A model generated the notes under the pieces. The model searched no databases. It worked only from the letters and a program-made list of their open reading frames with translations, and had not been told where the DNA came from. This document shows positions 25,868 through 36,145 of a stretch of DNA of 64,000 nucleotides, piece after piece. Origin of the DNA: Candidatus Latescibacterota bacterium (GTDB lineage Bacteria > Latescibacterota > UBA2968 > UBA8231); NCBI GenBank assembly GCA_964291625.2, contig OZ220090.1, positions 160,001-224,000 on the forward strand, written 5' to 3'. The first letter of the stretch is position 1; the number at the start of each line of letters is the position of its first letter. Both the position numbers and the translations under genes were made by a program.

Positions 25868-27120
25868 GAGTCCGCCTTTCGATGGTCGGTGACGCGCCGC
25901 GCCTTCAGCTCGAAGCGGGGCAGGCTGCCCGGGCCCACGGCGCGCACCCGCGGGCGCACGGCCAGCTCCTGGTGGGCCGCCGCCGTCAGTCCCTCCGTCA
26001 CCTCGGCCGCTCCCCGGCCGCCGGCGTTCACCTCGATCTCGATCTCCAGCTCGTCCATGGCCTCGGGACGGCGGACGTGGACGGCGAACTCGTCCACCTC
26101 GGGGAAGCGGCGCACCACGTTCTCGATGGCCCCGGGGTAGAGGTTGACGCCGCGCACGAGGAGGGCGTCGTCGAGGCGGCCGATGACGCCGCCGGCGAGG
26201 CGCCGCCAGCTCCGCCCGCAGGGGCAGGTGCCGGACGGGTGCCAGCGCACGCGGTCGCCGGTGCGGTAGCGGATCACGGGAGAGCCGGTGCGGCCGAGGT
26301 TGGTGATCACCAGCTCGCCCTCGTCGGCGGGCCGGTCCGTGCCCGGCTCGAGGATCTCGCAGACGAACTCGTCCTCGTTCAGATGCAGGCCGTCCTGTTG
26401 CCCGCACTCGAAGCCCCAGGCGCCGACCTCGGTGGCGCCGGCGTGGTCGAAGCAGCGCGCCCCCCAGGACTGCTCGATGCGCGCCCGGGTCGCCGGCAGC
26501 GAGGCCCCCGGCTCGCCGGCGTGGATGGTGGTGCGCACCGCCGTGGCCGCCGGGTCCAGCCCCTGGCCGCGGGCGACGCCGGCCAGGTGCAGGGCGTAGG
26601 TGGGGGTGCACACGAGGACGGTGGCGTCGTTGGCGGCCAGGGCCTCCAGGCGCTGCACCGAGGACATGCCGCCGCCGGGGATGGCCAGGGCGCCCATGCG
26701 GACGGCGGCGTCGAAGGCGCTCCAGAAGCCGATGAAGGGGGCGAAGGAGAAGGCGAAGAACAGGCGGTCCGAGGCCCGCACGCCGGCCCCGCGGTAGACC
26801 TCCATCCAGCAGCCGGTGAACCAGTCCCAGTCGGCCTGGGTGTCGAGCCAGCGCAGCCGCTGGCCGGTGGTGCCGGAAGTCTGGTGGAGGCGCACGTAGC
26901 GCTCCCGGGGCCGGGTGAGGTTGGTGCCGTACGGCGGGTGCCGGGCCTGGTCGAGGGAGAGCTCCTCCTTGGTGGTGAAGGGCAGGCGCCGGTAGTCGGC
27001 CATGCGCGACATGTCGCCGGGGGAGCGCACGCCGGCGGCGCGCAGCCGCGGGCCGTAGAAGGGATTGCTTTGAAGCACCTCGGCGAGCAGGCGCCGCAGC
27101 CGCGGCAGGGGGTCGTTCAA
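25864..27120 (-). CDS. Phenylacetate-CoA ligase (PaaK)-family adenylate-forming enzyme
   Basis: LPFTTKEEL, HQTSGTTG, AGEPG, GATE, RYRTGD, GRLDD..VRGVNLYP. Confidence 0.9.
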   Translation of the reverse strand: MNDPLPRLRRLLAEVLQSNPFYGPRLRAAGVRSPGDMSRMADYRRLPFTTKEELSLDQARHPPYGTNLTRPRERYVRLHQTSGTTGQRLRWLDTQADWDWFTGCWMEVYRGAGVRASDRLFFAFSFAPFIGFWSAFDAAVRMGALAIPGGGMSSVQRLEALAANDATVLVCTPTYALHLAGVARGQGLDPAATAVRTTIHAGEPGASLPATRARIEQSWGARCFDHAGATEVGAWGFECGQQDGLHLNEDEFVCEILEPGTDRPADEGELVITNLGRTGSPVIRYRTGDRVRWHPSGTCPCGRSWRRLAGGVIGRLDDALLVRGVNLYPGAIENVVRRFPEVDEFAVHVRRPEAMDELEIEIEVNAGGRGAAEVTEGLTAAAHQELAVRPRVRAVGPGSLPRFELKARRVTDHRKADS

Positions 27121-27123
27121 GGC

Positions 27124-28457
27124 TCAGCCCGGAGTCAGGTCGACGCAGACGATCTCGCGGTCGTCGCGCACGAACAGGCGTCCCGCGCCAGGGTCGGCGC
27201 GGTCCAGCAACGCTTGCCCTCGAGGACCTGGGTCCGGGCCAGCTCCTGGTGGGCCTTCGGGTCGGCCCGCACCAGGGCCAGGGCGCCCTTGTCGGAGAGC
27301 ACCACGAGCATGTCCCCGGCGCGGATCAGCGTGCCCTCGCCGTACCCCCGGGCCTTCCACGCCTCGGCGCCGGTGGCCGCGGCGATGCACTTGAGGATGG
27401 TGCCGTCGAAGCCGTAGAGATGGCCGCCTGCGTAGACGCTGGTGGCCATGCGGTTGCACATGAAGCGGGAGGTCCAGGCGGTCTCGGCCTTCAGCGCCTC
27501 GCCGTCGCGGGTGACCCGCACCAGGGCGGCTCCCTTGTCGTAGCCGCTGGAGATGAACACCCCGTCGGGGGGGATCACCAGGGGGGTCGTGGCGTGGACA
27601 TCGTACGGCGTCTCCCACTCGCGGCGCCACAGCAGGCGGCCGTCGGCCGGAGCCACCGCCACCAGCCCGGTGCGCATGAAGAACACGGCCTGGCGCACGC
27701 CGGCCAGGTCGGCGGCCACGGGGGAGCTGTAGCTGCCCGGGTCGTCATGCGCGCTCCAGACGACCTCGCCGGTGAAGCGGTTCAGGGCGCCCAGGGCCTG
27801 CCCGCGACCCCCCGCCGTCTCCACCAGCAGCAGGTCCCCCTCCACCAGGGGCGATCCGGAGAACCCCCAGCGCGGCATCTGCCCGCCGAAGGTCGACGGC
27901 AGGTCGGCGCTCCACAGCACCTCCCCCGTGGCGGCGTGCACCGCCACCAGCCGGCCGGTGGCCCCGAGGGCGTAGACGTGGTCGCCGGCCACGGCGGGGG
28001 TGCTGCGCGGGCCGTTGCCGCCCTGGGGCTCGAAGTACTTGCCCCCCGTGTCCAGGCGCCACAACTCGCTGCCGTCGTCGGCGTCCAGGCAGAACAGGTA
28101 CTCGCGCCGGCCTTCGGTCCACAGGGTGTAGGCGCGGCCGCCGGCCACGGCGATGCCGGAGAACCCGTCGCCGGCCGGCCGCCGCCAGAGGATTTCGGGC
28201 CCCCCGGACGGCCACACGGCGACGCTGTCCTCGACGGACCCGCTGCGATTGGGGCCGAGGAACTGGGGCCAGTCCGCGGCCGGGGCCGGACCCTCGGCGT
28301 GGGAGGGAGTGGCCGTTGCGAGCCCCGCCGGGGCGGCGGCCGGGGCGGGGTCTTCGGCCGGGGCGGGGGCCGCGGCGGCGAGGCCGATCAGGGCGGCCGC
28401 CCGGTGGATGTGTCCGCGCAGGGCGGCAGGTCGGTTCACGGTGAGCGACTCCTTCAT
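27124..28457 (-). CDS. Secreted PQQ-like beta-propeller protein, apparent 1-nt frameshift near 27185
   Basis: DWPQFLGPNRSG, GPRSTP, YSSP blades. The expected end GRLFVRDDREIVCVDL lies in the adjacent frame, which stops at 27124. Confidence 0.85.
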
Positions 28458-29827
28458 CACGTGTAGCGGGCGTTGCGGAACTCGGGTGCGTAGAACAGGG
28501 GCAGGAGCTGGTCGACGCGCAACAGCCCCTCCGGCGTGAGCCGCACCTCCCCGGGGCCGGCGGTGAGCATGCCCTCGGCCTGCAGGGTCTCCCAGGCGGG
28601 GGCGAACTCGGCGAGCACGTCGACGCCGAACTTCTCCCGGAACGTGGCCGGACGGATGCGGCCGAGCTTGAGCTGCAGGATCATCTCCCGCACCAGCCGC
28701 TGGCCGGCGGTGGTGGGCAGGGCGCGGCCCATGGGCAGCCGGTCCTCGTCGAGGGCGCCCAGGTACTCCTCCCACGAGTCCGCGTTCTGGAAGTGGACGC
28801 CGGCCACGTGGGAGATCGAGGAGACGCCGGCGCCGATCATGTCGCTGCCCCGCCACAGGGCGTCGCGGTAGACGAAATCCGAGGGCCTTCCCTTGCGTAC
28901 CAGGGTGTAGGCGCTGGTCTGCTCGTACCCGGCCGCGGCCAGGGTTTCGATGGCGTGGGCGTGCCACTCCCGCTTGGTGCGCCAGTCGGCCAGGATCAGC
29001 TCCCGCCGCCGCCCCTCGGAGATCGCCTTCGAGTAGACGGTGTTGTACGGCAGCTCCATCTGGTAGATGGTGACGCTGTCGGCGTCGAGGTCGACGGTGC
29101 GCTCCACGGTGTCGCGCCAGCTCTCCCAGTCGTCGGAGACGAGGCCGGCCATGAGGTCGACGTTGACCTGGCGGAAGCCGGCGGCGCGGATCCACGGCAT
29201 CGACCGGTAGACCTCGCGGCTCACGTGGGCGCGGCCGTTCTCGCGCAGGACGTCGTCGTTCAGATGCTCCACCCCGAGGCTCAGGCGCGTGACCCCGATC
29301 TCGGCGATGGCCGCCACCTTGGCCTCGGTCAGGGTGCCCGGCTCGCACTCGAAGGCGATCTCGTCGGCCTCGTCCCAGGCCATGGCGGCCCGGGCGCGGG
29401 CGGCCAGGGAGCGCAGGTCCCGGGCGCTGATGTAGGAGGGGGTGCCGCCGCCGAAGTAGACGAACCTCAGGGATCGGCCGGCGATCCGGGGGAGGCCGGC
29501 GTAGATCTCGATCTCGCGGCCCAGGGCGTCGAGGTAGCGGCGGATCTCGCCGGCGTTGCGGTCCACGTAGACGCGGAAGTAGCAGAACTTGCAGCGCTTG
29601 CGGCAGAAGGGGATGTGCAGGTAGAGGCCGAGGTCGGGAGGACTGCTGTCGGCAGGGGAGTCGAGCATCGCCCGGGCGGCGGGGGCATGTTCGGCGCGCC
29701 AGAACGAGTAGGGCGGGTAGTTGGAGACGAAGACGCTGCCCACGCCGGTCTCGGTCAGCATCCGGTCCAGGCGCGTGGTGGCCGGCTCTGGGCGGATCGA
29801 GGCTGCGGGAGGTGGGGTAGCGGTCAT
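28457..29827 (-). CDS. HemN-like radical SAM enzyme (class C methyltransferase/HemW clan)
   Basis: LYLHIPFCRKRCKFC, YFGGGTPS, RLSLGV, NVDLMAGL, HemN C-terminal domain. Confidence 0.9.
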   Translation of the reverse strand: MTATPPPAASIRPEPATTRLDRMLTETGVGSVFVSNYPPYSFWRAEHAPAARAMLDSPADSSPPDLGLYLHIPFCRKRCKFCYFRVYVDRNAGEIRRYLDALGREIEIYAGLPRIAGRSLRFVYFGGGTPSYISARDLRSLAARARAAMAWDEADEIAFECEPGTLTEAKVAAIAEIGVTRLSLGVEHLNDDVLRENGRAHVSREVYRSMPWIRAAGFRQVNVDLMAGLVSDDWESWRDTVERTVDLDADSVTIYQMELPYNTVYSKAISEGRRRELILADWRTKREWHAHAIETLAAAGYEQTSAYTLVRKGRPSDFVYRDALWRGSDMIGAGVSSISHVAGVHFQNADSWEEYLGALDEDRLPMGRALPTTAGQRLVREMILQLKLGRIRPATFREKFGVDVLAEFAPAWETLQAEGMLTAGPGEVRLTPEGLLRVDQLLPLFYAPEFRNARYT

Positions 29828-30990
29828 TCGGTCTCCACGGAAGGAGCGGCGAAGCAGTAGAGGACGCCGTCGGCATCGCCGATCACCAGCCGGCCGGAGG
29901 CCGCGGCGGGCGAGGCGGCGAAGGCGGAGGCCCCTTCGAAGGTCCACATCTCGGCTCCGGTGGCAAGGTCCAGGCCGAAGAGGCGGCCCCCCATGGAGGC
30001 CGCGTAGACGCGGTCGCCGGCGATGGCGGGGGAGGCGTCGACGCGGGCCCCGGCGGCGAAGACCCACAAGGGCTCCCCGGTACCCGCGTCGAGGGCGTGG
30101 ACCATGCTGTCGCGGCCCCCGGCGATCACACGTCCTCCGGCCACGGCGGCCGAGGAATAGAAGGGAAAGCTGCTCCCGGCGGGGCGGTAGCGCCAGACCA
30201 CCCGGGCGTCCCCCAGGTCGACGGCGAGGACCTCGTCGCCGAAGGTGCCCAGGTAGGCGCGCCCCCCGGCCACGGCGGCGCTGGCGGCCGCGTAGGTGCC
30301 CAGATCGACGGAGGCCAGCTCCTGCCCGGTGTCGAGGTCCAGGCGCCGCAGGACTCCGTCGCAGCCGGCGATGACCGCGGTCTGCCCGGTCACGGCCGCG
30401 GCGCCGTGCACGTATCCGCCGGTGGCCGCGCTCCACAGCTTGAGGCCATCGGAGGTGGAGAGGCAGTAGAGGGAGTTGTCGTAGCTGCCGGCCAGCACCC
30501 GGCCCGCGGCCACGGTGGGGGAGGCGGTGACCGCGCCCCCGGCGGTGAACCGCCAGCGCCCGGCGCCCGAGGCCGCGTCCACGGCATGCAGGAGGCCGTC
30601 CTCGTCGCCCACGTAGACCACCCCGCCGGCGACCGCGGGGGAGGACTTGATCTCGGCCGCCGTGTCGTAGCTCCAGAGGATGTCGCCATTCGCCAGGCCC
30701 ACGGCCAGCAGCCGCCCGTCGAGGGTGCCCACGTAGACCGTGTCGCCGGAGACGGCCGCCGTGGACTCGATGCCGGCGTAGCGGCCGGAGTCGGCGGTGG
30801 CCGAGGTGTCGAGGGACCAGGCCAGGCGCAGGGGCTCGCGCAGGGGCGCGCCGGCCTCGCCCGTCAGCTGGAGGTTGCCCCGGAAGGAGGGCCAGTCCGC
30901 GGCGTCGGCGCCGGGCGACGCGGTGATGGCCAGCGCCAGGAGGAGGGCCGGCAGCAGGGGGAGGTGACGTGGGTTCGGGATGCCTGCCAT
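29824..30990 (-). CDS. Secreted PQQ-like beta-propeller protein
   Basis: Signal peptide, DWPSFRGN, regular SSPAVAGG.VY.G..DG.L.A.D..TG..W blades. Confidence 0.9.
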   Translation of the reverse strand: MAGIPNPRHLPLLPALLLALAITASPGADAADWPSFRGNLQLTGEAGAPLREPLRLAWSLDTSATADSGRYAGIESTAAVSGDTVYVGTLDGRLLAVGLANGDILWSYDTAAEIKSSPAVAGGVVYVGDEDGLLHAVDAASGAGRWRFTAGGAVTASPTVAAGRVLAGSYDNSLYCLSTSDGLKLWSAATGGYVHGAAAVTGQTAVIAGCDGVLRRLDLDTGQELASVDLGTYAAASAAVAGGRAYLGTFGDEVLAVDLGDARVVWRYRPAGSSFPFYSSAAVAGGRVIAGGRDSMVHALDAGTGEPLWVFAAGARVDASPAIAGDRVYAASMGGRLFGLDLATGAEMWTFEGASAFAASPAAASGRLVIGDADGVLYCFAAPSVETE

Positions 30991-31040
30991 TCGGGGAGCA
31001 TGGCCGCCGGCGGGACCGGGCGTCGGCACGTGCCCGGCCT

Positions 31041-32177
31041 TCAATACGCCTCCCGGTAGAGCCCCGCGCACTCCGCCGGCCCCAGGGTCCGCGGGTTGAA
31101 CCGCGCCGTCTTCTGCCCCGCCGCTTCGGCGCCCAGCGCCTCCAGGCCGTCCTCCGGAATCCCCAGTTCCCGCAGCCGCCGCGGCAGCCGGGCCGTCTCC
31201 AGCAGCTCCTCCACGCGGGCGGCCAGGGCCCCGGCCGTGTCGGAGCCCGTCCCCGAAGCGTGCGGCAGCCCGGCGTACAGCCCCTCCGCGGCCCCGCCGT
31301 TGAAGCGGATCACGTGGGGCAGCATGAGGCCCACGGCCAGTCCGTGGGTGACGCCGTAGGCCCTTGTCAGCGGGTTGGCGCAGGCGTGGGCGGCGCCGAG
31401 CATGGAGTGCTCGATGGAGGCGCCGGCCCAGTGGGCGCCGAGGAGCATCTCGCCGGCGGCGGAACCGGCCGCGGGATCGGCGGACCAGCCCTCGAAGGCG
31501 CCGAAGAGGAGGCGGGCGGCCTGGCGGGCGTACAGGCGGGAGACGGGGTTGGCGTTGGTCGCCGTGAAGCTCTCCACGGCGTGGGCCACGGCGTCGATGG
31601 CGGCCGCCGCGGCGGTCCGGGGAGGCGCCGACAGGGGCAGCTCCGGGTCGAGGATCACGGTGCGGAAGCGGGCCCCGGGGTCGCCGCAGGCCATCTTGCG
31701 GCGGTCGGACTCGCGCGAGATCAGGGCGAAGCGCTGGGCCTCGCTGCCGCTCCCGGCCGTGGTCGGCACGCCGATGGAAGGCAGCATGGGCCCGCCGGCG
31801 CGGCCGTCGCCTTCGTAGTCCTCCATGCGGCCGCCGTTGCTCAGGAGGAAGTTGATCCCCTTGGAGCAGTCCATGGCGCTGCCTCCGCCGACGGCGATGA
31901 CGGCCGCCACGGGTCCCTGGCGGCGGGCGGTCTCGGCGCCGGCTTCCACCTGCCCGGTGGTGGGGTTCTCGCCGGCGCCGTCGAAGCGGATCACCTCGAG
32001 ACCGGCCGCGGCCAGGGAATCGGCGGCCCGGCCGGTGTGTCCGGCCGCCGCCACCCCGGGGTCCGAGACCAGCAGGACCGGTCCCGCCGTCAGCCGCGCG
32101 GCCTCGGCGCCCAGCTCGGCGAGGCGGCCGGCCCCGAAGAGGACCCGGGGCCCGCCGTGGAGTTCGAAGGGCCGCAC
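31041..32177 (-). CDS. Iron-containing alcohol dehydrogenase
   Basis: VLFGAG, GGGSAMD, PTTAGSGSE, DAVAHAVE, AHACA, HGLAV. Confidence 0.92.
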   Translation of the reverse strand: MRPFELHGGPRVLFGAGRLAELGAEAARLTAGPVLLVSDPGVAAAGHTGRAADSLAAAGLEVIRFDGAGENPTTGQVEAGAETARRQGPVAAVIAVGGGSAMDCSKGINFLLSNGGRMEDYEGDGRAGGPMLPSIGVPTTAGSGSEAQRFALISRESDRRKMACGDPGARFRTVILDPELPLSAPPRTAAAAAIDAVAHAVESFTATNANPVSRLYARQAARLLFGAFEGWSADPAAGSAAGEMLLGAHWAGASIEHSMLGAAHACANPLTRAYGVTHGLAVGLMLPHVIRFNGGAAEGLYAGLPHASGTGSDTAGALAARVEELLETARLPRRLRELGIPEDGLEALGAEAAGQKTARFNPRTLGPAECAGLYREAY

Positions 32178-32182
32178 GGAGG

Positions 32183-33626
32183 TCAGGCCCGCCGCCGGGC
32201 GCGCCCCAGGGCCCGCCGCCGGTAGAGGTGCTCGAAGAGGTTCCCCTCGTGGGGCTGTTCCCAGGAGATCGCCGTCGTCGGCACCGGCCCGAGGTTCAGC
32301 CGGTCGATGCCGGGGTGGTCCATGAGCCGGTCCTGCAGGGCGGCGTCCTCGGTCAGGGCGGTGGCCACGAGGGTGGGGCCGATCGCCCCGAGCATGGTCT
32401 CCGCGGAGGTCTCCACGACGGCGGCGAAGGGGAAGAGGTACTCGGTGTTGGCCAGGGGGTGGGAGGGCTCCTCGCAGAGCACCACCGTGGGCCGCAGGAA
32501 GGTGCAGCCGTCGACTTCGGCGAGGCGCTTGCCGCCGCGGACCTCGGCCGTCAGGTCACGGGCGCCGCCGCCGGCCAGGAGCCGGTCGATGAGGGCGGAG
32601 ATCGCCCGGGCCGTCCGGGGTCTCGGGGAAGGCGGCCAGGGCGGCCTCGGGATCGTGCAGCGGCCGCGGCTCGACGCGCGCCAGGCGCTCGGCCAGGGCC
32701 TGGCCGAGGTCGAGGCCGCCGGCGGTGGTCCAGACGCCCGAGGCGTTGAGGCAGGAACGGCCGCCGTTGTCGGCCACGGAGGCGGCCATCAGGTCGAGAT
32801 GACCCCGCCAGTCGGTGACGTCCGGCCCGAGGAGGATCTTGCTGCGGCCGGCACCGTGGATCTCGACGCGGGGATCGCCGCGCCAGGGGTCGACGGTGTC
32901 GTCGCCGCCGAAGAGCAGGGAGCGGCCGCACCTCACCAGGATCTCCACGGCGCCGTCGTGGTCCCCGGGGTAGAAGCCGAAGGCCTCGGGCGGACAGCCG
33001 GAGGCGGTGAAGGCGCGGGCCAGGCGCAGGGGCGTCCACGGCTCGCGGGCGCCGGGGCGCAGGGCCAAGGGGGTCTTCAGGGGGACGGCGGGCAGCCACA
33101 GGGTGTGGACCCCCGGCGAGTTGTTGGGCAGCACGGCGCCGAGGACGTCGGTCTGGCGCCGGTAGCTGATCGTGCGGCCCTTCTCCTCGCCCCAGCCGGC
33201 GTCGACGACGGCCAGGTCCAGGCCCCGGGTCAGGCCGTCGAGCACCTGTTCCATCGACTCCAGGACGCCGCAGATCTTGCCGGCGTTGCGGCGCCCGAGG
33301 CTCAGGGGCATGCCCGCCGTGGCCGCCAGGTGCGACAGGTAGTCCTCGAAGGACTGGTCCGTCCCGCCGTCCACCGGCAGCCGGTCCTGGCGGAAGCGCC
33401 GGGCCGCCTCCGCGCAGAGGGCCGCCAGCTCCCCGGCCGGCATCCGTTCCAGGGCCTCGCGGTGGGCCGCGGCCCCCGCCAGGTCGCGGGCGATGAGGCC
33501 GCCGTTGGCGAGGCTCACCTCGGCCACGGGATCGCCGGTCCGCACGTCGGTCAGGCGGCGCCGCCGGCGGCTGGCGTACTCCCGGCCGGCGCGCAGGACG
33601 GGGACGTGCACGAGGCCGCCGGCCAA
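32183..33626 (-). CDS. Aldehyde dehydrogenase-fold acyl reductase (GriD/EhpG/LuxC-like), apparent frameshift near 32620
   Basis: VLPNNSPG, LFGG, HGAGRSK, NGGRSCLNAS. The C-terminal part (FLRPTV..EYLFPF..PHEGNL) continues in another frame after G runs at 32617-32628. Confidence 0.8.
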
Positions 33627-33629
33627 GGG

Positions 33630-34715
33630 CTAGTAGACCCCCACGGTGACGCTCTCCTCCAGGGAGGCCAGCAGGCGCAGGTCCCGCACCCCGTCCCAGG
33701 GACAGCTCCCGGTCGGCGGGGCCCGCTCGGCCTCGTCCCGCTCGAGGAAGCGGGGCATGAAGAACTCGCGGGTCAGGGTGGTCAGCAGCACGCGCCCGGT
33801 CTCGCCGTAGTCGACGGGGCGCCCCGGGTCGGCGGGATCGACCAGCTCGATCACGGCCCGCGGCTGCGGCGCGTAGTAGGTGATGGCGTAGTCGTCGGCC
33901 GGGTCGAAGGGCTTGCACAGGGCCAGGCCCATCAGGGTGTTGCCGTAGGTCGGCACGAAGGCCGCCCCCGGCACCAGCTCCTCGCGGGCGAAGCGGTGGA
34001 ACTGGGCGTCCATCTCGGTGCCGCCGCAGAACACGCCCCGGATGCCCGCCTTCACCAGGTCGATCTTCTCGCACAGGGCCTCCAGCAGGCGCGGCGTGGC
34101 GAAGAGGCAGCGGATGGTGTCGTGGGCCCGCAGGATCTTCAGGGCCTGGTCGACGACATGGGCCTTGTACGCGGCCAGCTCCTGGTGGGCCTGCCGGCGG
34201 ATCAGGACGTTCACCCAGCGCGGGTCGAGGTCGACGAGGAAGCAGAGGCCGCCGCGCATCTGGGCCAGGTGCTCCACGGCCAGGCGCAGGCGCCGCGGCC
34301 CCGAGGGGCCCAGCATCAGCCAGTCCCCGCCCCGGGGGAATCCCTCCTCGGGCAGGCTCTCGGAGAAGGCGGCGTAGTCGACCTGGAAGTCGCGGATGTT
34401 GATGCGGCTCTTGGGCACGCCCGTGGAGCCGCCGGTCTCGAAGACGAAGACGGGCTCCTCGGCGAACGCCCGGGGGACCCAGCGGCGCACGGGGCCGCCG
34501 CGCAGCCACTCGTCCCGGAAGAGACCGAGGACCTCCAGGTCGCCGTAGCCGCCGATGCGGTCGCGGGGGTCGAAGCCCAGCTCCGCGGCGCGCTCGAGCC
34601 AGAAGGGGCAGCCCGTGGCCGGGTCGAAGTGCCAGGCCACGATCTCGCGCACGTGGGCGTCGAGGGCCTCGCGGGCGGCGCCCACGCGATCCGCCAGACC
34701 GCCGGACCAGGTCAC
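33630..34715 (-). CDS. EhpF/GriC-like atypical adenylating enzyme (arylcarboxylate reductase subunit)
   Basis: WHFDPATGCPFW, FETGGSTGVPK, DLDPRWV, GGTEMD, YGNT, ERD and terminal GVY match the motif order I recall for phenazine-modifying EhpF. Confidence 0.78.
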   Translation of the reverse strand: MTWSGGLADRVGAAREALDAHVREIVAWHFDPATGCPFWLERAAELGFDPRDRIGGYGDLEVLGLFRDEWLRGGPVRRWVPRAFAEEPVFVFETGGSTGVPKSRINIRDFQVDYAAFSESLPEEGFPRGGDWLMLGPSGPRRLRLAVEHLAQMRGGLCFLVDLDPRWVNVLIRRQAHQELAAYKAHVVDQALKILRAHDTIRCLFATPRLLEALCEKIDLVKAGIRGVFCGGTEMDAQFHRFAREELVPGAAFVPTYGNTLMGLALCKPFDPADDYAITYYAPQPRAVIELVDPADPGRPVDYGETGRVLLTTLTREFFMPRFLERDEAERAPPTGSCPWDGVRDLRLLASLEESVTVGVY

Positions 34716-36145
34716 GGCCGGGGCGAGCCCAGGGCGAAGAGGGTGTTGCGGGAGGCCACGTAGAGGATGCCGTCCTCGGCGGCCGGCGTGGTGTACACGG
34801 CGCTGCCCATGTTGATCTCGGCGAGCACCTCCAGCTCGGGACCGGCCCGGAAGATGGTCACGTCGCCGTCCTCGTCGCCGATATGGACCTTGCCGTCGGC
34901 CACGAAGGGGGAGCCCCAGATGGCGGCGAAGGTGTCGTAGGTCCACTTCTTCTCGCCGGTGCCGGCGTCGAGGCAGTAGACGAAGCCGCTGAGGTCGGCG
35001 ATGTAGAGCAGGCCGTCGTGGACGGCGGCGGTGGACATGGTGCGGTTGTACTCCTCGCCGCCCAGGTGCCAGACCGCGTGGGAGCCGGTCACGTCGCCGG
35101 TGCCGGTGCCGTCGATGCACCACAGGTTGCCCCGGCCCTCGCCGTGCTCCGGGTCCTGGCCGACGCCGAGGTAGACGCGGTCGCCGATGATGACCGGCGT
35201 CGAGATCAGGTTGTTGCGCGTGCCCCGGCCTCCCAGCTCCCAGACCGAGTCCTCGGGGTTGCAGTCGAACTTCCAGATCAACTCGCCGGTCTCCGGCTCG
35301 AAGGAGTAGAGCCAGCCGTCGCCGCCGGGAAACAGGACCTGCGGCCGGCCCCCCATGACGCCGATGGCCGGGTTCGACCACTGGCCGTGGAGGATCCCCA
35401 TGCCGGGGGAGGCGTCCTCCCAGACCAGCTCGCCGGTGGACTTGCGCAGGGCGATGAAGGAGGGGGCGAAGGGCGAGGGGATGTGCACGTGTCCCTCGTC
35501 GACGCCGTTGGAGGTGACCACGAAGAGCAGGTCGTCGAGGCCGACGGGGGAGCAGGTGGCCAGGTTGTGGGGGAAGACGTCGAGCTCCTCGATCATGTCG
35601 AAGGACCAGACGAGGTCGGCGTCGGCCAGGCCGGTGGAGGCCTCGCCGGTGAGGGGGCCGTCGTTCTCGCCGTCGGCGAAGCCCTCGGTGTCGACGCAGA
35701 CCACCTGGGCCTGGTTGGAGATGTAGTAGAGGCGGTCGCCGTCGACGTAGGGGGTGGAGCAGATGCCCTGCTGGGGCCAGTCGTTGACGCGGCCGGCGGG
35801 CAGCTTGGTGTGGGTCGACTGCCACAGGAAGGCGCCCCCGGGCCGGGCGAAGGCCATGAGCACGCCGCGGTCGCCGGTGAGCCGGGGGTCGCGCAGGCCC
35901 TGGTTGTTGGTGCCCACGAAGAGCTTGTCGCCCGCCAGCAGGGGCCCGGCGTAGGTCTGGGAGCCGAGGGGGGCGGACCAGAGCACGCCCTCGCCGGTGG
36001 CCACGTCCCACTCGACCGGCAGGTCGACCGCCTCGGAGACCATGTTGCGGGCCCGGGTGTGCCCCCACATCGCCTCCTGGGCGCCGGCGGGAAGGGCGGC
36101 GGCGAGGGCCGCCGCCAGAAGCAGGAGGAATTCTGGTCTATTCAT
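34712..36145 (-). CDS. Secreted PQQ-like beta-propeller protein, acidic and Cys-containing
   Basis: Signal peptide, LGSQTYAGP, GICSTP, HGQWSNP, DPEHGEG, WGSP blades. Confidence 0.88.
   Translation of the reverse strand: MNRPEFLLLLAAALAAALPAGAQEAMWGHTRARNMVSEAVDLPVEWDVATGEGVLWSAPLGSQTYAGPLLAGDKLFVGTNNQGLRDPRLTGDRGVLMAFARPGGAFLWQSTHTKLPAGRVNDWPQQGICSTPYVDGDRLYYISNQAQVVCVDTEGFADGENDGPLTGEASTGLADADLVWSFDMIEELDVFPHNLATCSPVGLDDLLFVVTSNGVDEGHVHIPSPFAPSFIALRKSTGELVWEDASPGMGILHGQWSNPAIGVMGGRPQVLFPGGDGWLYSFEPETGELIWKFDCNPEDSVWELGGRGTRNNLISTPVIIGDRVYLGVGQDPEHGEGRGNLWCIDGTGTGDVTGSHAVWHLGGEEYNRTMSTAAVHDGLLYIADLSGFVYCLDAGTGEKKWTYDTFAAIWGSPFVADGKVHIGDEDGDVTIFRAGPELEVLAEINMGSAVYTTPAAEDGILYVASRNTLFALGSPRP

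Noticed and set aside
28457-29827. Calling the radical SAM gene a true hemN (coproporphyrinogen dehydrogenase)
   Set aside because: No heme genes nearby and it is embedded in a tailoring-enzyme operon. Only family-level assignment is supportable.
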